DNA of 64,000 bases from Eledone cirrhosa. Its lineage: Eukaryota. The translations under genes were made by a program, and so were the position numbers. Where the stretch lies: assembly GCA_964016885.1 (NCBI GenBank), contig OZ024759.1:13144001-13208000 (forward strand), read 5' to 3'. This document shows, in pieces, positions 1 through 12,094 of the stretch. A model generated the notes under the pieces. The model ran no database searches. It saw only the letters and a program-made list of their open reading frames with translations, and had not been told where the DNA came from. Each line of letters opens with the position of its first letter. Positions within the stretch are counted from its first letter, which is position 1.

Positions 1-810
1 AAAGAATTGCTGGAGAGTTGCTCCAGGTAGAGTCACTACTTCTCCGAATTGAGAGATCACATCTCTGATACTATGGGCATGTGGTTAGAATGTCTCAGGA
101 AAGAATTGCTGGACAGTTGCTCCAGGTAGAGTCACTACTTCTCCGAATTGAGAGATCACATCTCTGATACTATGGGCATGTGGTTAGAATGTCTCAGGAA
201 AGAATTGCTGGACAGTTGCTCCAGGTAGAGTCACTACTTCTCCGAATTGAGAGATCACATCTCTGATACTATGGACATGTGGTTAGAATGTCTCAGGAAA
301 GAATTGCTGGAGAGTTGCTCCAGGTAGAGTCACTACTACTCCGAATTGAGAGATCACATCTCTGATACTATGGACATGTGGTTAGAATGTCTCAGGAAAG
401 AACTGCTGGACAGATTTTACAGGCAAAACCAACTGGTAGGTGACCCAGGGGTAGACCCTGAGCAAGATGGTAGGATAATTTCCATGAGCTTGGCTGGTCT
501 CACTTGGGGATCTAGCTGGATCAGTTGAAGATAGGCTGCTTGTGACAGGACCCGCTGGAGGGAATGTTTGAGGACTCTGCCCCTACAACCCTCTCGGGAA
601 TACTATGGGCATGTGGTTAGAATGTCACAGGAAAGAACTCCTGGACAGATTTTACAGGCAAAGCCAACTGGCAGGAGACCCAGCGGTAGACCCTGAGCAA
701 GATGGTAGGGTAATTTCCATGAGTTCAGCTGCTTCTAACAGGACCTGCTTGAAAGAGTGTTTTGAGGGCTTTGTTTCCATGACCCTCTCAGGAATAATTG
801 AGTGAAGGAG
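1..810 (+). mobile_element. Degenerate RTE-clade LINE 3' fragment; its first ~400 bp are amplified as a 99-bp tandem repeat (~4 copies)
   Basis: Conceptual translation VESLLLRIERSHL*YYGHVVRMSQERTAGQILQAKPTGR*PRGRP*ARW*DNFHELGWSHLG matches the RTE ORF C-terminus (LRW.GHV.RM...RPRGRP..RW). A related copy lies at ~14860-15160. Confidence 0.75.
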
Positions 811-1399
811 AAGACAGTATATATAGAGAGTTACGGCCCTTGCCATTCTGAGTTCAAATCCCGCCGAGGTTAACTTTGCCTTTCATCCTTACGGGGTTGA
901 TAAAATAAAGTACCAGTAATGTACTGGGTAATTGCTGGCCTTGTGCCAAAAGTAGAAACAATTATATATATATATAACATAACTGTTATATATACAACTT
1001 ATAAATAATTAGATATGATAGAAGCTTGGTTGGTCTTATTTGATGATCCAACTGGATGTTTTTGAGAAGGTTGCTTCTGACAGGGTCCACTGGAAGGTGC
1101 AAAGACTAAGTGGGTAATGAAGAAGACGATATCTATTTCTGTATATATACAATATAAGGGTAGTGGATTGGCAGAATCGGTAGGGCATCGAACACCCTGC
1201 TTCATAGCATAAAGTTATGGCCCTTTACGTTCTGAGTTCAAATCCTGCCACGGTTAACTTTGCTTTTCATCCTTATGGTGTTGATAAAATAAAGCACCAG
1301 TAATGCACTGGGGTCGATTTAATTGACTTTCCCCTCCCCCCAAAATTGCTGCCTTGTACCTATAGTATAAATCATTATATATACAATATAACTGTTATA

Positions 1400-1682
1400 T
1401 ATTTAAAGTCTGTCTTAAGCCAGAAGGCTCATTTGGCCGGTGCTTATCTCGGTTTCATGCCGTAAAGCGACTGAGAGTACAAGACTTCCTCCTGGACAGG
1501 ACGCCAGTCCATCGCAGGATTAAACACCCAGTTATTGCTGGTACTCATTTTCAGCTGAGTATACCGGAGCAACGTGAAATAAAGAGTTTTGCTCAAGAAG
1601 ACAGCACGCAACCCAGGAATTGAACCCATGACATTATGATCGTGAGTCCAACACCCTTTCCACCAGACCACAAGCCTCCACA
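1400..1682 (-). mobile_element. tRNA-derived CORE-type SINE (variant tail)
   Basis: On -: tRNA-like head (gggttcaattcc), followed by a cttgagcaaaactctttatttcacgttgctcc...ctcagctgaaaatgag core. Confidence 0.6.
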
Positions 1683-2104
1683 ACTGTTATATATACAACT
1701 TATAAATTATTAGATATGATTAAGCTTGGTTGGTATCATTAGTGGATCTAGCTGGTGGATTCGCAGTATCGGTAGAAGGTCGGACGCCATGTTTTCCAGC
1801 ATAGTTACGTCCCTTTACGATCTGAGTTCAAATCCCGCCGAGGTTGACTTTGCCTTTCATCCTTACGGGGTCGATAAAATAAAGTACCAGTAATGCACTG
1901 GGTAATTGCTGGCCTTGTGCCTAAAGTAGAAACAATTAGTGGATCTAGCTGGATCAACTAGAGACGGTTGCTTCTGATAGGACCTTCAGGGTGTCATATC
2001 TGAGGACTTTAGCCTACAACCCCCCCGGGAATAAGTGAGGGAAGAAGAAGGTTTTACTTTGAGTATAATACAATAAAATTGTTTATTTTCTTTTCTTTTC
2101 CCAG

Positions 2105-2285
2105 TAATAAGAAGATTATAATTGATACTGACCCTGGCATTGATGATGCTCAGGCCATAATGATGGCCCTGGGGAAGGACAGCAGTGTAGATGTGGTTGC
2201 CATAACAACCGTCCAAGGGAATGTCTCTGTCTTAAAAACCACCCGAAATACGCTGAGGTTGTTGAAGGTAGCAAATAGGCAGGAT
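2105..2285 (+). CDS. Nucleoside hydrolase (IU-NH family), first visible coding exon (start codon exon not found)
   Basis: Acceptor ttttcttttcccag ends at 2104. Phase-2 start, then [60 protein letters not shown]. Contains the DxDxxxDD Ca2+-binding motif and GNV. Donor GTAAGT at 2286 (phase 0). Confidence 0.93.
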
Positions 2286-2609
2286 GTAAGTAGCAGTTCA
2301 TTTCCTAACTTTCTCTCAATAATTCCACCACCACCACCACGACCATCATTACTACCATAACCCCCCCCCCCCCACACACACACACACACACACTCCCACT
2401 ACTACCACCCCACAACGAACTGCTACTATCACCTACACCATCACTGCCATCACCACCACCCCACAACAACTACTACTACTACCACCATCACCACCACTAC
2501 CATCATCATCACCATCACCATCATTGCCACAACCACTGCTACTACCACCCTCACCATCACTGCCATCACCACCACCACCAATTCTTCCTCCCTTAGTATC
2601 AAACCTCTG

Positions 2610-5600
2610 GAATATTTTCTACTCCTATAACTAAAATACTATTCCACTCTCACCAATGCCATAGAGATCCTATATTTTCTACTCCTATAACCAAAATATT
2701 CCAATCTCACCAATGACATAGAGATCCTATATTTTCTACTCCTATAACTAAAATATTTCACCCTCACCAATGCCATAGAGATCCTATATTTTCTACTCTT
2801 ATAACTAAAATACTATTCCACTCTCTAATGTCATAGAGATCCTATATTTTCTACTCCTATAACCAAAATATTCCACCCTCACCAATGCCATAGAGATCCT
2901 ATATTTTCTACTCTTATAACCAAAATATTCCACCCTCACCAATGCCATAGAGATCCTATATTTTCTACTCCTATAACTAAAATACTATTCCACTCTCACC
3001 AACGCCATAGAGATCCTATATTTTCTATTCCTATAACCAAAATATTCCACCCTCACCAATGTCATAGAGATCCTATATTTTCTATTCCTATAACTAAAAT
3101 ATTCCACTCTCACCAATGTCATAGAGATCCTATATTTTCTACTCCTATAACCAAAATATTCCACCCTCACCAATGTCATAGAGATCCTATATTTTCTACT
3201 CCTATAACCAAAATATTCCACCCTCACCAATGTCATAGAGATCCTATATTTTCTACTCCTATAACCAAAATATTCCACTCTCACCAATGTCATAGAGATC
3301 CTATATTTTCTACTCCTATAACCAAAATATTCCACCCTCACCAATGTCATAGAGATCCTATATTTTCTACTCCTATAACCAAAATATTCCACCCTCACCA
3401 ATGCCATAGAGATCCTATATTTTCTACTCCTATAACCGAAATATTCCACTCTCACCAATGTCATAGAGATCCTATATTTTCTACTCCTATAACCGAAATA
3501 TTCCACTCTCACCAATGTCATAGAGATCCTATATTTTCTACTCCTATAACCAAAATATTCCACCCTCACCAATGTCATAGAGATCCTATATTTTCTACTC
3601 CTATAACCAAAATATTCCACTCTCACTAATGTCATAGAGATCCTATATTTTCTACTCCTATAACCAAAATATTCCACCCTCACCAATGTCATAGAGATCC
3701 TATATTTTCTACTCCTATAACCGAAATATTCCACTCTCACCAATGTCATAGAGATCCTATATTTTCTACTCCTATAACCGAAATATTCCACCCTCACCAA
3801 TGTCATAGAGATCCTATATTTTCTACTCCTATAACCAAAATATTCCACCCTCACCAATGCCATAGAGATCCTATATTTTCTACTCCTATAACCAAAATAT
3901 TCCACTCTCACCAATGTCATAGAGATCCTATATTTTCTACTCCTATAACCAAAATATTCCACTCTCACCAATGTCATAGAGATCCTATATTTTCTACTCC
4001 TATAACCAAAATATTCCACCCTCACCAATGCCATAGAGATCCTATATTTTCTACTCCTATAACCAAAATATTCCACCCTCACCAATGCCATAGAGATCCT
4101 ATATTTTCTACTCCTATAACCAAAATATTCCACCCTCACCAATGTCATAGAGATCCTATATTTTCTACTCCTATAACCAAAATATTCCACCCTCACCAAT
4201 GTCATAGAGATCCTATATTTTCTACTCCTATAACCAAAATATTCCACCCTCACCAATGTCATAGAGATCCTATATTTTCTACTCCTATAACCAAAATATT
4301 CCACCCTCACCAATACCATAGAGATCCTATATTTTCTACTCCTATAACCAAAATATTCCACTCTCTAATGTCATAGAGATCCTATATTTTCTACTCCTAT
4401 AACCAAAATATTCCACCCTCACCAATGTCATAGAGATCCTATATTTTCTACTCCTATAACCAAAATATTCCACCCTCACCAATGTCATAGAGATCCTATA
4501 TTTTCTACTCCTATAACCAAAATATTCCACCCTCACCAATGTCATAGAGATCCTATATTTTCTATTCCTATAACCAAAATATTCCACCCTCACCAATGTC
4601 ATAGAGATCCTATATTTTCTACTCCTATAACCAAAATATTCCACCCTCACCAATACCATAGAGATCCTATATTTTCTACTCCTATAACCAAAATATTCCA
4701 CTCTCTAATGTCATAGAGATCCTATATTTTCTACTCCTATAACCAAAATATTCCACCCTCACCAATACCATAGAGATCCTATATTTTCTACTCCTATAAC
4801 CAAAATATTCCACTCTCTAATGTCATAGAGATCCTATATTTTCTACTCCTATAACCAAAATATTCCACTCTCACCAATGTCATAGAGATCCTATATTTTC
4901 TACTCCTATAACCAAAATATTCCACCCTCACCAATGTCATAGAGATCCTATATTTTCTACTCCTATAACCAAAATATTCCACTCTCACCAATGTCATAGA
5001 GATCCTATATTTTCTACTCCTATAACCGAAATATTCCACTCTCACCAATGTCATAGAGATCCTATATTTTCTACTCCTATAACCAAAATATTCCACCCTC
5101 ACCAATGTCATAGAGATCCTATATTTTCTACTCCTATAACCAAAATATTCCACCCTCACCAATGCCATAGAGATCCTATATTTTCTACTCCTATAACCAA
5201 AATATTCCACTCTCTAATGTCATAGAGATCCTATATTTTCTACTCCTATAACCAAAATATTCCACTCTCACCAATGTCATAGAGATCCTATATTTTCTAC
5301 TCCTATAACCAAAATATTCCACCCTCACCAATGTCATAGAGATCCTATATTTTCTACTCCTATAACCGAAATATTCCACCCTCACCAATGTCATAGAGAT
5401 CCTATATTTTCTACTCCTATAACCAAAATATTCCACCCTCACCAATGTCATAGAGATCCTATATTTTCTACTCCTATAACCAAAATATTCCACCCTCACC
5501 AATGTCATAGAGATCCTATATTTTCTACTCCTATAACCAAAATATTCCACCCTCACCAATGCCATAGAGATCCTATATTTTCTACTCCTATAACCGAAAT

Positions 5601-6340
5601 ATTCCACTCTCACCAATGTCATAGAGATCCTATATTTTCTACTCCTATAACCGAAATATTCCACTCTCACCAATGTCATAGAGATCCTATATTTTCTACT
5701 CCTATAACCGAAATATTCCACTCTCACCAATGTCATAGAGATCCTATATTTTCTACTCCTATAACCGAAATATTCCACTCTCACCAATGTCATAGAGATC
5801 CTATATTTTCTACTCCTATAACCGAAATATTCCACTCTCACCAATGTCATAGAGATCCTATATTTTCTACTCCTATAACCAAAATATTCCACCCTCACCA
5901 ATGTCATAGAGATCCTATATTTTCTACTCCTATAACCAAAATATTCCACCCTCACCAATGTCATAGAGATCCTATATTTTCTACTCCTATAACCAAAATA
6001 TTCCACCCTCACCAATGCCATAGAGATCCTATATTTTCTACTCCTATAACCAAAATATTCCACTCTCTAATGTCATAGAGATCCTATATTTTCTACTCCT
6101 ATAACCAAAATATTCCACTCTCTAATGTCATAGAGATCCTATATTTTCTACTCCTATAACCAAAATATTCCACTCTCACCAATGTCATAGAGATCCTATA
6201 TTTTCTACTCCTATAACCAAAATATTCCACCCTCACCAATGTCTTAGAGATCCTATATTTTCTACTCCTATAACCAAAATATTCCACCCTCACCAATGTC
6301 ATAGAGATCCTATATTTTCTACTCCTATAACCAAAATATC
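2610..6340. repeat. 57-bp minisatellite, ~65 copies, in a nucleoside hydrolase intron
   Basis: Unit ccaaaatattccaccctcaccaatgtcatagagatcctatattttctactcctataa; the array ends 7 nt before the exon at 6348. Confidence 0.97.
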
Positions 6341-6347
6341 TTTCCAG

Positions 6348-6522
6348 ATTCCAGTGTTTAAAGGTTGTGAGTTACCATTGCTAGAATCTCCCCAATGTGC
6401 CACATTTTTCCACGGAGAAGATGGCTTTGGAGACTCTCCAGACAGTAAACCTCCAGGGTTGGAACATCTTCAGAAGGAACATGCTGTAAATACTTTAATT
6501 AATCTTGTGAACCAGAGTCCAG
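6348..6522 (+). CDS. Nucleoside hydrolase exon
   Basis: tttccag acceptor ends at 6347. IPVFKGCELPLLESPQCATFFHGEDGFGD...EHAVNTLINLVNQSPG, with the conserved IPVxxG and HGxDG motifs. Donor GTAAAT at 6523, phase 1. Confidence 0.93.
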
Positions 6523-6713
6523 GTAAATTCACATCATAATCAACATCATCATCACCATCACCACCACTACCACCACCATCACCACCACCAACATCATCAT
6601 CACCACCACCATCATCATCACCATCACCACCACCATCATGATCATCACTTTCACCACCACCACTACCACCACCATTACCACCACTACCACCACCATCTCT
6701 CTCTATATATATA

Positions 6714-6758
<45 letters not shown>

Positions 6759-7028
6759 TGCCCTCTCTCCATTCAACACACAGCCATATATATACATACA
6801 TCATATACAGCTATATATAAATATATAAATACATCATATGCCCTCTCTCCATTCAACACACAGCCATATATATACATACATCATATACAGCTATATACAT
6901 ATAAATATATAAATACACCATATGCCCTCTCTCCATTCAACACAGCCATACAGGGTGCGGACGATATTTACAATGAAAGAATCTCTTCAGCATTTTCTAC
7001 TGAAAAAATCTTTTTCCTCTCTACTATT

Positions 7029-7065
<37 letters not shown>

Positions 7066-7285
7066 AAAGTTTTATTTAAGATTGTCATAACAGTTTCACT
7101 ACCAAATCAACTTTTTAAATGGAAGTTGCATTATTATAAGGTATGTCAATAATTATTTATAAAACAGCTTATGTATTGTATTTTGTCTGAGGAAGGCATA
7201 CCATATTTTTAATATGATATCCCAGAAATATATATAACGAAATAAATATGGTTTTATAAATATAGTTTCCATTTGTTTAATATCG

Positions 7286-7319
<34 letters not shown>

Positions 7320-7320
<1 letters not shown>

Positions 7321-7960
7321 ATACGAACAGCAATGTTACATGGTAGTGAGACCTGGGCGCTGTCTGTGGAAGACTTGCGTAGATTAAAAAGAAACGAAGC
7401 CTGCATGCTCCGATTGGTGTGTAGTAGTAATATACGCGAATGGCAAAGCATAAATGAATTGAGAGAGAGACTGAGCATAAGAGGAATCAAATGCTGTGTG
7501 CAGAAGAGGATGTGATGCGTATGAAGGATGACAACTGCATAAAACGGTGCAAAACACTAGAAATCGATGGAAACTGTGGATGGGGAGACCCAAGAAGACC
7601 TGGGATGAGGTGATAAAAGCCGACCTTACCCACAGTAATATGCAGTAATACAGATGACCCGACCCACCACGGGTGCAAGCCGAAGCTGAAGCATCTAGAC
7701 AATATGCCCCACACCCTTCCACTGCAAAGTGGTCGTGGAGGTGCCACGGCAAAATAGCACCCAGCCCACACTGTAAAGTGGACGTGTAGGCGCCACGGAA
7801 AAAAAGCACCTGGCACTCACTGTAAATGAGGTTGGTGTCAGGAAGGGCATCCAGCTGTAGAAATCAAGCCAGAATCAGTTTCCGTATGAGCAAGACAAGT
7901 TCAGCCGTCTAACCCATGCTAGCGTGGAAGAACGGACGTAAAACGATGATGATGATGATA
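7320..7960 (+). mobile_element. RTE LINE 3' fragment (decayed)
   Basis: [31 protein letters not shown]..., same family as 48565-49760, with the 3' tail cggacgtaaaacgatgatgat. Related fragments at ~8335-8750(-), 10375-10730(-), 11600-12000(-), 28850-29110(-), 35200-35500(-), 57035-57300(+), 60780-61040(+), 61740-62335(+), 63760-64000(+). Confidence 0.8.
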
Positions 7961-7965
7961 TATAT

Positions 7966-8175
7966 ATAAATGTAATCTGAGTTTTTCAAATATTAACAAT
8001 AATATTCGATTTGTTTGCAGTTATGCAAACAGCCTCTTTAAAGCCATGTCAGTAGAATGAGCCCCTCATTCTTGCTCTTGTGTTGGCATGTAAACATTAA
8101 AAAAGAGGCTGTTGGCATAATTGCAAACAAATCGAATATTATTCTTAATATTCGAAAAACTCAGATTACATTTAT
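7966..8175. repeat. Fold-back inverted repeat (~74-bp arms) next to (TA)n
   Basis: ataaatgtaatctgagtttttc...aaacagcctcttt pairs with aaagaggctgttgg...gaaaaactcagattacatttat. Confidence 0.85.
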
Positions 8176-8767
8176 TGTATTCAGCCATGTAGAGCGAAGA
8201 TTTTTAAAATTTTATTTATATATATATAGTAATAATAATAAATTTGAAGACTAAAATCCAAAGAGGGCACTATAAGGATAAATATATATCAAATATATAA
8301 GAACAGTTGAGCAAATATATACACCCAATATTTATCATCATCATCATCATCATCATCAACGTTTAACGTCCGTGTTCCACGCTTGCATGGGTTTGGACGG
8401 GGGTAGTCCCACTTGAGGCAAGAGTGATTGTCTTGCTCGCATAGGACTGTCTGGCAGGTTTTCTACAGTTGGATGCCCTTCCTAACACCAACCACATTTA
8501 CAGTGTGGGTCTGGGAGGTTTTTACCGTGTTGCCTACACGGCCACATTACAGCGTGGACTGTGTGTTTTTTTGTCGTGACACCTACACGATCTCATTTGT
8601 TTCGGCCTCGATGGCGCGGCACCAACATAACTTTACATAGAACGGGGTGGTGTGGATCGGGTGGGGGTGGGGGTGGTGGGACGGGGTGTATTTTGTTAGA
8701 GATGCCTACTGGCTGGAGTAGGTTTTACTATATATTTAGGTAAGGCGGGTCTTATATATATATATAT

Positions 8768-9468
8768 ACATTTTTTCACGCTCAGAGTTAGTGAAGCATG
8801 GAACAAACTCCCTGCATCAGTTATTAGCTGTCAGTTATTAGCTGTTGAGACACTGCATCCTTTAAAACCTCCATGGAACAAACTACCTGTATCAGTTGTT
8901 AGCTGTTGAGACACTGCCACTGCATCCTTTAAAACCTCAATGGAACAAACTACCTGCATCAGTTGTTAGCTGTCGAGACACTGCATCCTTTAAAACCTCC
9001 ATGGAACAAACTACCTGTATCAGTTGTTAGCTGTTGAGACACTGCCACTGCATCCTTTAAAACCTCAATGGAACAAACTACCTGCATCCGTTGTTAGCTG
9101 TCGAGACACTGCATCCTTTAAAACCTCCATGGAACAAACTCCCTGCATCAGTTGTTAGCTGTCGAGACACTGCATCCTTTAAAACCTCCATGGAACAAAC
9201 TAACTGCATCAGTTGTTAGCTATCGAGACACTGCATCCTTTAAAACCTCCATGGAACAAACTACCTTTAAAACCTCCATGCTTCCTGAGATTCGCCAACA
9301 CTACACCTGATATCCCCTCTCCATACACACGCACACATGTATATCATGACTCATACACTGTTCACTTTCTTGACATTTGTATATTATTCTATGTACTATA
9401 CATGCACCTTTGACAAGTTGTAGTGCACCTGAGCACTGAACACAATAATTTCATTATTATTATTATTA
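8768..9468 (+). mobile_element. CR1-type LINE 3' end with an internal ~61-bp tandem expansion (~7 copies, 8800-9280)
   Basis: Same family as 29640-29990. Unit atggaacaaactacctgcatcagttgttagctgtcgagacactgcatcctttaaaacctcc; (ATT)n tail. Confidence 0.75.
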
Positions 9469-9963
9469 ATCCCGCCGAGGTTAACTTTGCCTTTCATCCT
9501 TACGGGGTCAATAAAATAAAGTACCAGTAATACACTGGGTATTTGCTGGCCTTGTGCCAAACGTAGAAACAATTATTATATATATATCATCATATGTCCA
9601 CCCTCCATACAATACACAGCCATATATACACCCAATATCTATATATATATATACATTATCATCATCATGCCTTGTTAAAACAGGGATTAACCTAGCAGGC
9701 CCCATAACAAGCTTGATACTAACACCTGGGGCTGTCTTTGAGACAATGCTTCATAGCTAGAAACCCTCCCTGATGTCAACCTTTTTAGTTGTTATTTAAT
9801 AAATGATTAAATAGAATTCAATAAATGATTAAATAGAATTTTCTAAAATTATTAAAATTTAATTTTCAAAGTATAATTTTATTAACGTTGATGAAATTAT
9901 TAAAAAAAACATTTTTTGAGAAATTCTGCACTAAATAGATTTGTAATCTTTTTTGTTTTTCAG

Positions 9964-10080
9964 GGGAGTTAAATCTCGTCGCCATAGGACCTCTAACCAA
10001 CATAGCCACAGCTCTTTCTTTAGATTCAAAGTTTGGCTCAAAACTCAAGAGTTGTTATATAATGGGTGGAAACTATAGAG
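9964..10080 (+). CDS. Nucleoside hydrolase exon (not in the supplied ORF track)
   Basis: ttttgtttttcag acceptor ends at 9963. (G)ELNLVAIGPLTNIATALSLDSKFGSKLKSCYIMGGNYR(G), with the hallmark GPLTN and IMGG motifs. Donor GTAAGT at 10081; phases 1/1 fit the neighbouring exons. Confidence 0.93.
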
Positions 10081-12094
10081 GTAAGTTTACATTTCTTTTC
10101 AGTTATTTTGTTATACTCCTATCCAGGAGCTTTTCAATCCACTGCAGGATGACGTCTCAATAACATATCATTATTATATGGGGTCGATAAAATAAAGTAC
10201 CAGTAATGCACTGGGTAATTGCTGGCCTTGTGCCTAAAGTAGAAACAATTATTATAAAGGTGTATATAAAATATTTTATAAATATCTATATATACTGTCT
10301 TTATTATAAAGGTATATACTATCTTCATTATAAAGGTGTATAAACACTATCTTTATTATAAACGTGTATATATATATCATCATCATCATCATCATTTTAC
10401 GTCCGCTTTTCCCTGCTTGCAAGGGTGGGACGGGTCTTATTCAGCACACCATCTCTCCACTCGTCACAGTCCCTCGTCATCTCCACCGTGAGCTTCAATG
10501 ATCTGAGGTCTGTTCTCACCACCTCCGCCCATGTTTTTCGTGGTCTACCTCTACCACGTCTTCCTTCAGCTGGCAATTCCTGGCACTTCTTCATTCATCG
10601 GTCATCCTCCATGCACATCACATGTCCATACCACCTCAGTCTCCTCTCCCGTACACTACATTCTATCCCTCTCAGACACAGTTTCTCTCTCAACACATTC
10701 AAGCTGGGTCGTTCACGCACATTTACACTGCATATATATACTATCTTTATTATAAATATGTTTATTAAGGTGCATGGACTTACAATTGTGAAGTTGTGTT
10801 CTTGAGCAAGACACTTTATTTCACGCTGCTCCTGTTTACTCAGCTGTAGAAATGAGTTGCGACTTCACTGGTGCCAAGCTGTATCAGCCTTAGTCTTTCC
10901 CTTGGACAACATCAGTGGTGTGGAGAGGGGGAGGCTGGTATGCAAGGTCGACTGCTGGTCTTCCACAAACAACCTTGCCAAGACTTGTCCCTCGGAGGGG
11001 AACTTTCTAGGTGCAAACCCTATGGTCATCCGTGACTGAAGGGGCCTTTCCCCTTTACCCTATATGTTAACATATAGGGTAAAGGGGAATTTCACCAGTC
11101 TGGCACCCTCATACATCATGGCTCGTGCACTGTTCATTTTACTGATGTTTGTGCATTGCCCTATGTACTGTACATGCGCTTTTTTGATGGGTTGTGGTGC
11201 ACCTGGGCACTGTGCATAATGTTTCATTATTGTTATTGTTATTATATCATGACTCATACACTGTTCATTTTCCTGACACTTTATTATTCTATGTACTATG
11301 CATGCACCTTTGATGAGTTGTAGTGCACCTGAGCACTGTACACAATAATTTCATTATTATTATTATTATTACACATTGCAACACTGAGTACTTTCAAACG
11401 TCACACAGACCCACCTAGGGTGGGATGAGACATATAGATCAAACATTGTTTCATCTAACCTACCTGGAAGGATCCTCATTCTTCATACACTGCTGCACCC
11501 CATCCAGTTCTATTTATGGCAGGTCTGACCTGGTGAAACTAGTGGCATATGGTGTGGTAAATAAATATATTAGGTCTGAACATAATGGAATCAAATTCCC
11601 ATCATCATCATCATTTTATGTCCACTTTTCTTTGCTTGCAAGGGTGGGACAGGTCTTATTCAACACATCTCTCCATTTGTCACAGTCCTTCGTCATCTCC
11701 TCTGTGAGCTTCAACATCTGAGGTCAGCTCTCACCACCTCCGCCCATGTTTTTCGTGGTCTTCCTTCCACTGAGATTTCTTTGCACTTCTTTACCCAGCG
11801 TTCATCTTTCATGCGCATCACATGTCCATACCAACGCAGTCTTCTAACCTGCACACTACAGTTTATCCCTCTTATACACAGTTTCACTCTTAACTCATCT
11901 ATTCTTTGTCGTCCATACACCTTGACATTGCACATCCATCGGAGCATGCTTGCTTCATTTCTTTCCAACCCGTTGCATATCCTCCGTAGTTGCTGCTCAT
12001 TATAAAGGTGTATATCTTGGATATGTTGTCTATCTCGGAGTCCAAGACAACCGCAGAACCCTAAAGACCAAAACTGGATATGGTTATATACACT

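Noticed and set aside
2985-6302. Long minus-strand ORFs of repeated MTLVRVEYFGYRSRKYRIS
   Set aside because: Artefact of a 57-bp (3n) intronic minisatellite; frameshifting units occur and there is no unique coding flank.
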